Shown piece after piece: positions 49,334 through 59,633 of a DNA stretch of 64,000 bases. The stretch covers positions 79,086-143,085 of the forward strand of contig JAURNW010000011.1 in NCBI GenBank assembly GCA_030829985.1. Direction: 5' to 3'. Each line of letters opens with the position of its first letter. Position 1 is the first letter of the stretch. Made by a program: the position numbers and the translations under genes. Below the pieces are notes generated by a model that was not told the DNA's origin, did not search any database, and was given only the letters and a program-made list of their open reading frames with translations. The stretch comes from Gammaproteobacteria bacterium (GTDB taxonomy: Bacteria > Pseudomonadota > Gammaproteobacteria > Eutrophobiales > Eutrophobiaceae).

Positions 49334-50539
49334 TTAATTTCCTACTGCCAGATTATTCGGAGTACTATCTTTTTCATTTAATTTGTCAAATGTATGTTGA
49401 GCGATCATTAATTCTTCATTGGTGGGAATAACACAAACTTTGATAGAACTGTTGCGCGTAGATATAACAGGACTATTTTCATCATTGGCTCGATTATCTA
49501 TTTCAACACCTAACCAGGTAAGTTCAGCACAAATACGTTTACGAATTTCATTCGCGTTTTCACCTATACCGGCAGTGAAGACCAGCCCATCAAGACCTTT
49601 TAACAATGCTACTAAAGAACCCACTTCCCTTATTATACGGTGCACATATAAATCTATGGCTTGCTTCGCAGTTAATTCCGGGCTTTTTAATAATAAAGAC
49701 ATATCGTTACTAATTTTCGACACACCCAATAAACCGGATTTCTTATAGAGCAGGTCGGTTAGTTGTTGTGCACTCATATTCTTTTCTTCTAATAGAAAAA
49801 GAATAACACCAGCATCAATCGAACCGCACCTTGTACCCATCATCAATCCATCGAGCGCGCTAAACCCCATAGTGCTATCAATACTTCGGCATTGATCGAG
49901 TGCACACAGGCTGGAACCATTGCCTAAGTGTGCAACAATAACTTTACCGGAAGATAATTCAGGTTCAGTTTGTTTTAATCTAGTCGCAATATATTCATAA
50001 GACAATCCATGAAAACCGTAACGCCGGATACCTTGTTCATAATATTCATCGGGCAAAGCAAATTGATTGTTTGGTTTTTCATGGCTCGAATGGAAGGCGG
50101 TATCAAAACAGGCCACCTGTGGTATTGCTTTATTAATCTGTTTCAAAGATTCAATAGCAGCAAGATTATAAGCCTGATGCAATGGAGCAAGTGGTTCCAG
50201 TTTTTTCAACTGTTCTAAAATACCGGGCGTAACGACTGTTGGCGAAAAAAAATGATTACCGCCATGTACAACACGATGGCCAACAAACAAATCCTTATTA
50301 CTATCGAGTTTTGACTCTAACCAATCAAATAAATATTTCAACGCCGAAAGGTGATCCGCTGTTTTCAATAAATCAGTAAATTTCTGGTTTTTAGAACTGC
50401 TTACAGTAAAACAAGCGTTTGATCCTAAACCTGATATTTGTCCTTTATACAAATCAGTCAGCGCACCTTCCTGTTCATCGAAAAGACTAAACTTGATGCT
50501 CGACGAACCACTATTCAGAACCAGGATCTGACAAATCAT
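49334..50539 (-). CDS. ackA: acetate (short-chain acid) kinase
   Basis: ILVLNSGSSSIKFSLF N-terminus and the DTAFH and EELMIA-type motifs of acetokinases. The ATG at 50539 overlaps the upstream pta stop (ATGA). Confidence 0.85.
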   Translation of the reverse strand: MICQILVLNSGSSSIKFSLFDEQEGALTDLYKGQISGLGSNACFTVSSSKNQKFTDLLKTADHLSALKYLFDWLESKLDSNKDLFVGHRVVHGGNHFFSPTVVTPGILEQLKKLEPLAPLHQAYNLAAIESLKQINKAIPQVACFDTAFHSSHEKPNNQFALPDEYYEQGIRRYGFHGLSYEYIATRLKQTEPELSSGKVIVAHLGNGSSLCALDQCRSIDSTMGFSALDGLMMGTRCGSIDAGVILFLLEEKNMSAQQLTDLLYKKSGLLGVSKISNDMSLLLKSPELTAKQAIDLYVHRIIREVGSLVALLKGLDGLVFTAGIGENANEIRKRICAELTWLGVEIDNRANDENSPVISTRNSSIKVCVIPTNEELMIAQHTFDKLNEKDSTPNNLAVGN

Positions 50540-51939
50540 ATCAATAACTTTTTCTGATGATGAGCATAAAGGATGGCAAGAGAACAAGAAGCCATCCGTT
50601 CAATGGCAGAATCAGCTCGACTGGTCAGAATGACCGGCAATCGCGCCCCCATGACAATACCGGAGCCTTGTGCATCCGCTAAGTAAGTTAACTGCTTGGC
50701 TAGTATATTTGCTGCTTCAAGATTGGGAGCAACCAGGATATCTGCCTGGCCAGCAACTTCAGAAACAATCCCTTTGGCTTTTGTTGCCATCAGTGAGACA
50801 GCATTATCGAATGCTAATGGTCCATCCAAAAGACCGCCTGTAATCTGCCCGCGATCTGCCATCTTGCATAGCGCGGCTGCTATCAAAGTAGAATTGATAT
50901 CTGTAGTAATCGTTTCGACTGCTGATAATAAAGCAACCTTTGGCAACTCTATGCCTAATGCATTAGCAAGATCGATTGCATTTTGTACAATATCACGCAT
51001 AACTTCGAGTGTAGGCGCGATATTGATAGCTGCATCGGTGACCAATAAAGGTCTTGGGTAAGTCGGCACATCAAAAGCAAAAACGTGACTAATTCGTCTC
51101 TCAGAACGGATGCCTTTATCTTTATGTACTACCGCTCTCATTAGTTCATCTGTATGCAAGCTACCTTTCATCAAGGCCTCAACTTTGCCCGCGCGCGCTA
51201 ACTCAACAGCTTTTTCTGCAGCTTCATGACTATGTTCAACATCAATCATCGGAATATCTTTAATATCCAACCCAAACTCTTCAGCGATTGATAAAATTTT
51301 ATCTTTCGGCCCAATCAATGTAGGTAATATTAAATTTGTCTCTGCAGCTTCTACTGCGCCGCGAAGAGCATATTCGCTACAAGGGTGTACAACTGCTGTG
51401 GGCAATGGATCTAAAAGATGGGTGGCATCAAATAATTCTCTTAAGTGACCACGTTCAGCGATACGAACATTTGGCAATACAAACCTGGGGCGTTTTATCT
51501 TTTTTACCGGAGCAATGACATCAGCCTCACCTTCGATAACAACTTTGCCTTGCTGATTAGTACACAAACAATCGAAGACAACCCTGTTATTACCAGGTTC
51601 TTTGTTTTTAGCTGTGACCTTCACCGTTAGCACATCACCCAGAACAACCGGTCGTTTAAAGCGTAACGACTGTCCAAGATATATTGTGCCCGGACCAGGC
51701 AAAATAGTGCCAAGGACAGTTGAGATCAAAGCACCACCCCAAAGACCATGTGCAATCACTTCATGAAACATGCTGTCTTTAGCGTATTCTTCATCCAGAT
51801 GCGCCGGATTAACATCACCACTCATGACGGCGAACAACTGGATATCTTTTTCAGTTAAGCGGCGATCTATACTGGCAGACTCGCCAATTTCAATTTCATC
51901 GAAACAGCGATTAACTATCAAGTCCTGTGTTTTACTCAC
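50536..51939 (-). CDS. bifunctional MaoC-like (R)-hydratase / phosphate acyltransferase (PTA/PTB) fusion
   Basis: The N-terminal roughly 150 aa have a hot-dog (MaoC) fold (NPAHLDEEYAKDSMFHEVIAHGL). The C-terminal roughly 300 aa form a PTA_PTB domain. Confidence 0.8.
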   Translation of the reverse strand: MSKTQDLIVNRCFDEIEIGESASIDRRLTEKDIQLFAVMSGDVNPAHLDEEYAKDSMFHEVIAHGLWGGALISTVLGTILPGPGTIYLGQSLRFKRPVVLGDVLTVKVTAKNKEPGNNRVVFDCLCTNQQGKVVIEGEADVIAPVKKIKRPRFVLPNVRIAERGHLRELFDATHLLDPLPTAVVHPCSEYALRGAVEAAETNLILPTLIGPKDKILSIAEEFGLDIKDIPMIDVEHSHEAAEKAVELARAGKVEALMKGSLHTDELMRAVVHKDKGIRSERRISHVFAFDVPTYPRPLLVTDAAINIAPTLEVMRDIVQNAIDLANALGIELPKVALLSAVETITTDINSTLIAAALCKMADRGQITGGLLDGPLAFDNAVSLMATKAKGIVSEVAGQADILVAPNLEAANILAKQLTYLADAQGSGIVMGARLPVILTSRADSAIERMASCSLAILYAHHQKKLLI

Positions 51940-52284
51940 TACTGTTCATTACTCCATAATAAATACTGCAGCTATTCTAGCATATTTTGTCACAAAAATG
52001 CTGCGGCGCGACAATTACATTTAGACTTACTCTAAATGATTGTGGCTCTGGAAAACAAAGAGGGTCAGATAAGAATCAAAATAATAGTTATCGATATTTT
52101 TTGTTAGTCACTAAAATATTCAGCACGCTTATTAGCATTTTCTATAATAACTTTCCGTAGTCCATTATTCGCTCCACTCCATGCGATAATCTCTGTGAAG
52201 CTCAGTAACATCCCAAACAAATATCGTTATTATCCAAACAGCAATTCCTTATGCATGGTGATTGAACGTTGTTACTGTCATCAT

Positions 52285-53016
52285 TCATTTTGATTCGAAG
52301 ACGACTGACTTCCAATTTTGATAAAACAATCTGGCTGTCGTATTAAATTCAGTCATATATTCAAGCGCTTCTTTTTGCAGCTTCTCTGTTGCATTAACAC
52401 CCAATACATTTTCCAGTGATTTTTTATAAGCAGGAATAGCGCTCCAATCAGAAATAGTTGTTTGAATAATTTCCTGATGATACTGCATGCTAAAAACCTG
52501 TGAGCCTAATGACAGTGATTGAATACCACATTGATCTGATTCAGCTAAAATTTCCATTTCATCCGGTGCAGTTATTACTTCAGCGGCATGCCATTGCAAA
52601 CACGACATCGATTCTGGCAAGTTTTCATAAAAAGGACTGTGTTTGCCCGCTTCTGTTTTTTGAATTTGTAATACACCTACTTCCGGCACAGCAGCAGGAC
52701 TAACCTCACCACCCAAAGCATCGGCTAGTAGTTGATGACCCAGACAAATTCCAACATAGGGCATTTTTAACTCATTTACTGCCTTTCTAATCGCATCCTT
52801 TTCCTCAATAAGCCAGGGATATTTTTCTTCCTCCCAAACATCCATAGGCCCACCCATAACCCACAAGGCATCAAAATCTGATAACTCAGGAATTGAGTCT
52901 CCCTCATCCAGTTCCACCACATGCCATTTAATCCCGTCTTCTTTAAAATAATCACGGAAGATACCCGGGTGCTCGATACGGAGGTGTTGGAAAACTAATA
53001 TGTGTTCAATATTCAT
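52285..53016 (-). CDS. class-I glutamine amidotransferase-like protein
   Basis: GATase1 fold with the nucleophile Cys in VGICLGHQLL and the LQWH His. Last gene of the long minus-strand operon. Confidence 0.6.
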   Translation of the reverse strand: MNIEHILVFQHLRIEHPGIFRDYFKEDGIKWHVVELDEGDSIPELSDFDALWVMGGPMDVWEEEKYPWLIEEKDAIRKAVNELKMPYVGICLGHQLLADALGGEVSPAAVPEVGVLQIQKTEAGKHSPFYENLPESMSCLQWHAAEVITAPDEMEILAESDQCGIQSLSLGSQVFSMQYHQEIIQTTISDWSAIPAYKKSLENVLGVNATEKLQKEALEYMTEFNTTARLFYQNWKSVVFESK

Positions 53017-53018
53017 AT

Positions 53019-53840
53019 TCAGTGAATCAGCGTTGTTAACACTTTACGGAAATCTGCGTGCTCTGGCCGCCACCGGGTTCGCGTCATTGTAATTGTATTG
53101 TCACAGCGGCGTCCGCTGCCCCGTGCATTATCATTTTGATCAAACTCAGGTAAGGCTTGTTTTAATTGTTGTGCCAGAAAGGAATAATAATCATAGCGTT
53201 TAACCGGATTACCATCACAAGCAAGTTCGCGAAATTCAGGCTGATCCATTTCGCTAACACGTTTTATTAATTGAGCACCATCATCAACATGAATCAGATT
53301 AAGCCAGCCATCAGGATCACCACTGATTGCCTCACCATTAATTATTCCGTTTTTTCCTATGACGCGATCCGGACCATAGATACCGGCAAAACGAACGACG
53401 ACTCCATTTTTGATATTAGCCAACCAGTCCTGCTCAATATTGTATTGTCTTTCTGCTCGTTCACTATCGATATTAACTTCACTATCTGCATCTACTATTC
53501 GATCAACATTGCCGTACACAACGGTTGATGAAACCAGAATGGCTCTTTTAATGGTGAATTGATTTAGCCGTTGAATAAAATCGGTAAACACAGTGCGATC
53601 GACTTGCCTGGGTGTTACCAGAAAATAAATCAGAAGTTCTTGTTTGTCAGGCAGGTTAGCCAGATTAGACCAGCTCTCTTTATTATTTATGTCGAGAGTT
53701 AATGCTTGAACGTTTTTCGCACTGCCAGCTTCATATATTTTCCGGGCTCTGTTTGTGACATAGCATTGTTGCCCACTCAAAAAACCAAGCAATCGTTTTC
53801 CTAAATAGCCGCAACCGATTATTAAACTAATAGATTCCAT
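53019..53840 (-). CDS. NAD(P)-binding epimerase/dehydratase-like (atypical SDR) protein
   Basis: Rossmann GxxGxxG at the N-terminus (IIGCGYLGKRL). 273 aa. The stop is 2 nt from the downstream GATase. Confidence 0.55.
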   Translation of the reverse strand: MESISLIIGCGYLGKRLLGFLSGQQCYVTNRARKIYEAGSAKNVQALTLDINNKESWSNLANLPDKQELLIYFLVTPRQVDRTVFTDFIQRLNQFTIKRAILVSSTVVYGNVDRIVDADSEVNIDSERAERQYNIEQDWLANIKNGVVVRFAGIYGPDRVIGKNGIINGEAISGDPDGWLNLIHVDDGAQLIKRVSEMDQPEFRELACDGNPVKRYDYYSFLAQQLKQALPEFDQNDNARGSGRRCDNTITMTRTRWRPEHADFRKVLTTLIH

Positions 53841-53899
53841 ATAATTTAAATATTAAAAGAGGGGATTATCACATGGTAGACAGGACTAAAGGAAATGAA

Positions 53900-54658
53900 C
53901 TATTTGTTAGCTGTCAATGTCTGTTGTTCCACATTCTTGTATTTAATAACAACATTAAAATTATCACCCTTGTAATCACGCATATTAGAAACACCTTCAA
54001 ATATGCGTAAGGCAGGCTTGTTATTATCATAGTAGAGCTTCAATGTGCCTGCGATGACGCGCACAAAGAAACTATTCGGCTCGATATTTATTAGTCTAAG
54101 TGTACGGCCATTCTTATCAACAACAGTCTCCTGATAGATTCTAAAGTTCATAAAATCCAGCATGCTTGGCACCAGGAATTCTCGTTTGAATTTTTTACCT
54201 GCTTTTAATTCATCCCAATGGGCAATAATAAAATTATCAAAACCGGCATCACTGATCGAATCCTCTTTATATTTTATTAATGCTTCTTTTTGCGTTTCAG
54301 CTTGCGATTCACTAAATATGACTTCATATTTATTTTCTGTATAACGTGTTTTTTCTTTATGGCCTGTTTTGATATTTTCTAAAGAAAACTCGGGCATAAA
54401 TTGACTAGTACTAAAATCAGCCGTTTTTTTAGCAATTATATTTTCATCAATATCTTTATAAATAACCTCAGATCGTAAAAGAACGCCGTCATTGAATGTT
54501 TCATAATGATTTTCCGTATAAAGTAAATTATCGGTATCACGGTCGTAGGCATAACCCACCCGCGTCGGACTATCACCCGCAAAAACCGGAAGGACCATCA
54601 AAGACAGGTATATTAAAAATACTATTTTCTGCATCAGGTTTATTTTATTGTCGTGCAC
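53900..54658 (-). CDS. secreted hypothetical protein
   Basis: Signal peptide IVFLIYLSLMVLPVFAG, 252 aa, Lys/Asp-rich with no recognisable motif. Overlaps the upstream small membrane-protein gene by 19 nt. Confidence 0.4.
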   Translation of the reverse strand: MHDNKINLMQKIVFLIYLSLMVLPVFAGDSPTRVGYAYDRDTDNLLYTENHYETFNDGVLLRSEVIYKDIDENIIAKKTADFSTSQFMPEFSLENIKTGHKEKTRYTENKYEVIFSESQAETQKEALIKYKEDSISDAGFDNFIIAHWDELKAGKKFKREFLVPSMLDFMNFRIYQETVVDKNGRTLRLINIEPNSFFVRVIAGTLKLYYDNNKPALRIFEGVSNMRDYKGDNFNVVIKYKNVEQQTLTANK

Positions 54659-55005
54659 TCACCTAGCCAGAACTTCATCATATTCCCTTCTGCGTCATAA
54701 ACTGCCTTGATGATATACACACAGGACAACATATTGCCGAGCAACAGCACCAGTAATGACCAAGCAAAAGCGACGACTTTATTGTCTTCTCTCCACATAA
54801 TCCAGAATGAAAAAAGTAAAAGGCCTAAATATAAATCGACTAGTGTCACCATTCCCCAGGCCATATCAACCAATGCAGCTCCTTCTTTGAAAAAATCACC
54901 ATAGATCAATGCATAAAAGATAATCGACAACATAATTAACAGGCCACCACAAGCAATTACAATCGGTATTGATACGGCCTTATACTTTCTAGAAATGGCG
55001 ATCAT
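54640..55005 (-). CDS. small integral membrane protein (three TM)
   Basis: 121 aa with three hydrophobic helices. Overlaps the DUF1295 gene by 4 nt. Confidence 0.4.
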   Translation of the reverse strand: MIAISRKYKAVSIPIVIACGGLLIMLSIIFYALIYGDFFKEGAALVDMAWGMVTLVDLYLGLLLFSFWIMWREDNKVVAFAWSLLVLLLGNMLSCVYIIKAVYDAEGNMMKFWLGECTTIK

Positions 55006-55808
55006 TTTAATTCCTTTGGCGGTAACGGAAAAAACATACTCGTTGTTTTTTGATATTCCCTATAGGTATCGCCTCGGCTTCGTATTGATTGTTGCTCCGT
55101 ATAGGGAACGCCGGTTATCCGAGTAATAAAAACATAGATGACTACTAACCCGGTCCAGGTTAACCACCAGTAATCGCTACCGCAACCTATTAAAACAAAT
55201 GCCCACCATTGCAACCATTCAAAGAAATAATTTGGATGCCTTGAATAACGCCAAAAACCTTTATCACAAACAAGTCCTTTATTAGCAGAGTTCATTCTGA
55301 AACGATGGAGTTGTTGATCACTTAGTAATTCGCCAGCGATTGCAATGCACCAGATCAGAACACCTAAAATATCTAACAACTCGAGGCCAGTATCAGAGTT
55401 GCGTGACGCAGCCCAGAACGGCAGGGCAAAGAGTAATGTCCAACTGGCTTGAACCTGAAAAAAAACAAACATAACCGGCTGGGCATACTTGCCACAATAC
55501 TGCCGCATGTAACGATAACGCCCATCTTCGACTTCATTTATGACCCGATTATATAAATAAAAACCCAGTCGAAATCCCCAGAAAATTGCCATTGCAATTA
55601 TTAGCCATTGCCGCGCTTCATTCGGAATATCATCTGCCAGTATCAACCAAACACCCACTAACGGCGTTAAGAATGACCAGGCCACATCAACTATGCCTGC
55701 GTTTTCAGTTTTATATTGCACCATCCATAACAACAACATAACAACCGCACTGAAAGCCCATGCATATAAAAAGATTGAAGTAAGTGCCATATTAATTACC
55801 CGTTCCAT
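55002..55808 (-). CDS. DUF1295-family membrane protein (steroid-5-alpha-reductase/ICMT-like fold)
   Basis: Polytopic 268-aa protein with the C-terminal RHPNYFFEWLQWWAF motif typical of DUF1295/ICMT-like proteins. This family recurs in CFA-synthase-like lipid clusters. Confidence 0.7.
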   Translation of the reverse strand: MERVINMALTSIFLYAWAFSAVVMLLLWMVQYKTENAGIVDVAWSFLTPLVGVWLILADDIPNEARQWLIIAMAIFWGFRLGFYLYNRVINEVEDGRYRYMRQYCGKYAQPVMFVFFQVQASWTLLFALPFWAASRNSDTGLELLDILGVLIWCIAIAGELLSDQQLHRFRMNSANKGLVCDKGFWRYSRHPNYFFEWLQWWAFVLIGCGSDYWWLTWTGLVVIYVFITRITGVPYTEQQSIRSRGDTYREYQKTTSMFFPLPPKELK

Positions 55809-56340
55809 TTACCAAAATCTGGTTTTTAGATGCTTGATGTTTGTATATTAGTTCAGAAATAAATATCAATAGCGGCATCACACAGGTCCACATAAATCCA
55901 ATAATAATCAGGGAAGAATTATCAGAAAGATTGATAGCGCCTAGTCTATCTCCTGCTGCATAGGCAAGAGGTCCTGCTATGCATGCCATTAAAGCGGATA
56001 ATAAATAGCGCCCTTTAAGCCAGGAGAGAGAGTAATTAATTGTTGCCGCAAGGTTAATCCAGAGACAGACCATCCACATCGGCGAAGGACCACCGAATAA
56101 AGCTGGCTCGGGAAATACAATTACGTCCTTATAGACCAGAAACGAATCAAGTAAATAACCAATTACAGCAGCACTAATTAATACTTCAAATTCGAATACG
56201 CGTTTATCACCAATGATATAGAGATGTATGAAAACCCATAATAATGTGTAGATCACTCCAACATAAGGCAGTCCATTCGCTGCCGAGATGATCGTCACAA
56301 ACCATGCTATTTGAAACAGTATGAAATTACTGACATTCAT
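55792..56340 (-). CDS. integral membrane protein (five TM) of the lipid cluster
   Basis: 182 aa and hydrophobic throughout. Overlaps flanking genes, indicating operon membership. Confidence 0.45.
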   Translation of the reverse strand: MNVSNFILFQIAWFVTIISAANGLPYVGVIYTLLWVFIHLYIIGDKRVFEFEVLISAAVIGYLLDSFLVYKDVIVFPEPALFGGPSPMWMVCLWINLAATINYSLSWLKGRYLLSALMACIAGPLAYAAGDRLGAINLSDNSSLIIIGFMWTCVMPLLIFISELIYKHQASKNQILVNGTGN

Positions 56341-56341
56341 T

Positions 56342-57622
56342 TTATAAATGCACCGATGAGTCCGCTCTCGTTAACGCTTCTCTTCCATAAGCCGGTTTAT
56401 TCATTAGCATTTGCACGACACCAGTATAACATTCGATGAATCCGGCTTCGCAGTACGCCAGGTAATATTCCCATAAGTGAATAAAATCATCACCATAACC
56501 ATACTGCTTAACATCATCCAGTCTAGCCATGAAGTTTTCCCGCCAAATCTTTAATGTCTTCGCATAGTGAAGACCAAAACCTTCGATGTTGTTAACCCGC
56601 AAATCTGAAGACTCAGTGATGGCATTGAGCATTGCTGTCAATGAAGGAACACAACTGCCTGGAAAAACAAACTGCTGTATAAAATCCGAGGTTTTAAGAT
56701 ATTGCGTATACCGCTGATCCGGCATCGTGATCGCCTGAACTAACATTTGACCGTCATTTTTTAACAAGGATGCGCAACTGGAAAAATAGGCAGGCAAATA
56801 TTCATGGCCAACAGCTTCTATCATTTCTATAGAAACAAGTTTGTCGAATTTTCCTGTCAAATCACGATAGTCACATAGTTTGATATCTATCCGATCATCC
56901 AAACCCTGTTCTTGTATGCGTTGTTTGGCAAGCCCATATTGTTCTTTAGAAATCGTTATTGTAGTGACGTGACAACCATAATTTTTTGCCGCATGAATGG
57001 AGAAGCTGCCCCAACCACTACCGATCTCAATTAAACGGTGATGCGGTTTTAAATCCAGCTTGCGGCAAATTCGGTCCAGTTTTTCAATTGATGCATCCTC
57101 AAGAGTTGATTGTTCATTCAGAAAAAAACCGGATGAGTAGGTCATGGTTTTGTCGAGGAACAACTGGAACATGTCATTACCAAGATCATAGTGCGCATGA
57201 ATATTCTCCTGACTACCCTGACGCGTGTTACTTCTGGCTTTATGTCTACGTCGTAACCACCAGTTGCCTAGTGAAGCCAACCCTGATTCAAGCTCGTCAG
57301 TATGGTCAAGATTCCTGACCATCATTTGAAACAACCCAACCAGATTGTCACAGCGCCAATAGCCGTCTCGATAGGCGCTTGCGGCGCCGTTACTACCCGC
57401 CAACAAAACGTCTATATAAAAACGCATGTCCTTAATTTCAATTGTGATATCTGCTGGCAGGGCTGAATCCGTTTGCCAATGGTCAAACGGGTCATTAATG
57501 GCGATACAACCCGATGGCAGGCCGCTGATTTTTTTTCTTATCAGTTTTTTAGCCAGCAATAGAAACGAGCTTGCGAATGACGTCATCTTCAAGTCATTTT
57601 GTTTTAGCGTTGTCGATCTCAT
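56342..57622 (-). CDS. cyclopropane-fatty-acyl-phospholipid-synthase-family SAM-dependent methyltransferase
   Basis: SAM-binding LIEIGSGWGSF motif and CFA-synthase-like N- and C-terminal regions. Start taken at the ATG overlapping the upstream stop (ATGA). Confidence 0.8.
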   Translation of the reverse strand: MRSTTLKQNDLKMTSFASSFLLLAKKLIRKKISGLPSGCIAINDPFDHWQTDSALPADITIEIKDMRFYIDVLLAGSNGAASAYRDGYWRCDNLVGLFQMMVRNLDHTDELESGLASLGNWWLRRRHKARSNTRQGSQENIHAHYDLGNDMFQLFLDKTMTYSSGFFLNEQSTLEDASIEKLDRICRKLDLKPHHRLIEIGSGWGSFSIHAAKNYGCHVTTITISKEQYGLAKQRIQEQGLDDRIDIKLCDYRDLTGKFDKLVSIEMIEAVGHEYLPAYFSSCASLLKNDGQMLVQAITMPDQRYTQYLKTSDFIQQFVFPGSCVPSLTAMLNAITESSDLRVNNIEGFGLHYAKTLKIWRENFMARLDDVKQYGYGDDFIHLWEYYLAYCEAGFIECYTGVVQMLMNKPAYGREALTRADSSVHL

Positions 57623-58383
57623 CGATTTGTCTCTTGTGTTAAATGTTTTGGGTGAGAATAAAATGGTGTTTTTTTGAACCAGAGCTTCATGGCTTGCCAA
57701 TAAATCGCCGCAATAACCTTCATCGTCATTACGGGATACATAAATAAAACTCGAGCAAGTTGGAGTCGATTGATGGGTTGTCTGGTTAAATTCATCGTTG
57801 CATTGAAAACTTTTTTACCATTTTCAAAACTATTCATATTAACTTTCAGTACTTCATCAGGCTTCGGCAAATGCCATTCATAGGATTGACCCATATCCAT
57901 AAACGGCGAAACATGAAACGCCTTTGCAAAAGAATAGGACGATTTGCCTTCTTGTATTTCATTACTGTCAAGCACATAACAGTGCGTCTCACCCCATGGC
58001 GTGTTATGGACTTCGGCAACAATATATTCGAGCTCGATATCTTCATCATTCCAACAATAGTAAAAACTAACCGGATTCATGCAGTAACCAAAATAACGCA
58101 AATGTGTTAGTAATCGTATTGGTCCTGAATGGTCCTTACCTGTTTCCTGTTTGATGATCTGACGTACACTTTCATCAAGAGCAACGCCTGCATCACCAGC
58201 ATGATCCTTACGTCTGAACCAGGCAAATGCAAAACGCCTTGCCGACCAGAATAAATAGGGATCAAACAACTTTGGTAACTCAGCCAGGTCCAGGTACATC
58301 ATGTACAATTTGTATTTAAAATAATGCTTATGCGGCATGAAGCGACCATGCGAAACCCGGCCTTCATAGATATAACTATTCAT
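57619..58383 (-). CDS. DUF1365-family protein
   Basis: About 255 aa, YIYEGRVSHGRFMPHKHYFKYKLYMMYLDLAELP, typical of DUF1365 proteins encoded next to CFA-synthase-like and FAD-oxidoreductase genes. The start overlaps the upstream stop. Confidence 0.7.
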   Translation of the reverse strand: MNSYIYEGRVSHGRFMPHKHYFKYKLYMMYLDLAELPKLFDPYLFWSARRFAFAWFRRKDHAGDAGVALDESVRQIIKQETGKDHSGPIRLLTHLRYFGYCMNPVSFYYCWNDEDIELEYIVAEVHNTPWGETHCYVLDSNEIQEGKSSYSFAKAFHVSPFMDMGQSYEWHLPKPDEVLKVNMNSFENGKKVFNATMNLTRQPINRLQLARVLFMYPVMTMKVIAAIYWQAMKLWFKKTPFYSHPKHLTQETNR

Positions 58384-59633
58384 GCGGCCAACGCCTGATC
58401 GTAAGCAGCGCATACTGCAATGGCACTACGGACACCATCCTCATGAAAACCATAGCCCCAATAGGCACCACAATATGAAATGCCTCGACGTCGAATCAGT
58501 TTATGGTGATCTGCTTGTACCGCATCTCTACCTGGTTGAAACACCGGATGATGGTAATGTATCCGTCGTATAACTTTGTATGGATCAATCTGCTCAGCCT
58601 GATTAAGTGAAACACTATAGGTGTTATCACTCTCAATCCCCTGCAACATATTCATGTTATAGGTAACTGCCACATGATTATTTTCAGTCGCCGGAATACG
58701 ATAGTTCCAACTGGCCCAGGTTCGCTTATTTTTGGGCAACACATTAGTGTCTGTATGCAGTATCGCTTCGTTATCTTGATACTCAAACAGATCCAACATG
58801 CTGATTTCCTCAGCTTCAATATTGCTAACCAGTCGACGACTCGTATCAGCATGGGTAGCAAGAACGACTTCATCAAATGTTTCTATTCTGCCATCTGCCG
58901 TAGTTAGCTCAACATGATTATGCTTTCTGGTTACATTGGTAACCCCGCAATTCAGGTTAATCTTTTTGGCAAAATCTCTCGTAAGTGGCTTGATATATTG
59001 ATAGGAACCACCTACAACAGTTCTCCATTGCGGACGGTGGTTAACTTGTAACATGCAATGGTTATCCAGAAACTCGAGTACAAACTTGATTGGGAATTGA
59101 CGAAACTTTGCCGCCGGACATGACCATAAAGAAGCGCCTAATGGCACTAGATAATATTCAATAAAGCTGGTGGAGTATTTATTTTTTTCGGCATATTCAG
59201 CCACTGTAGTTTTATCATTCATGCCATTATGAAGTTCTGTCGGAGCATTATCATTAAAGCGCATGATTTCTTTTAGCATGCGCCAGAATGTTGGACTAAA
59301 TATATTTTTTCGCTGACTAAAAACGCGATTAAGATCCGTTCCATTGTATTCCAGCAAAGTCTTTTCACAATGCACGCTGAAGCTCATGTCTGACTCACGA
59401 CTTTCGACGTCCAGCATTTCAAACAATTGACACAAGCATGGATAATTTTGTTCATTGAAAACAATAAAACCCGTATCAACAGGTATTGTTCTTTCGTCTT
59501 CATTAACAATAACAGTATTAGTGTGCCCACCAATATAATGATTCGCTTCGAAGACTTGAATCTCATGTTCACGATTCAGCAAATAGGCTGCTGTTAAACC
59601 CGAAATACCAGTACCAACAATTGCGATTTTCAT
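58380..59633 (-). CDS. FAD/NAD(P)-binding oxidoreductase (amine-oxidase/phytoene-desaturase-like)
   Basis: N-terminal dinucleotide-binding motif KIAIVGTGISGLTAAYLL...VFEANHYIGGHT. 417 aa. Confidence 0.8.
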   Translation of the reverse strand: MKIAIVGTGISGLTAAYLLNREHEIQVFEANHYIGGHTNTVIVNEDERTIPVDTGFIVFNEQNYPCLCQLFEMLDVESRESDMSFSVHCEKTLLEYNGTDLNRVFSQRKNIFSPTFWRMLKEIMRFNDNAPTELHNGMNDKTTVAEYAEKNKYSTSFIEYYLVPLGASLWSCPAAKFRQFPIKFVLEFLDNHCMLQVNHRPQWRTVVGGSYQYIKPLTRDFAKKINLNCGVTNVTRKHNHVELTTADGRIETFDEVVLATHADTSRRLVSNIEAEEISMLDLFEYQDNEAILHTDTNVLPKNKRTWASWNYRIPATENNHVAVTYNMNMLQGIESDNTYSVSLNQAEQIDPYKVIRRIHYHHPVFQPGRDAVQADHHKLIRRRGISYCGAYWGYGFHEDGVRSAIAVCAAYDQALAA

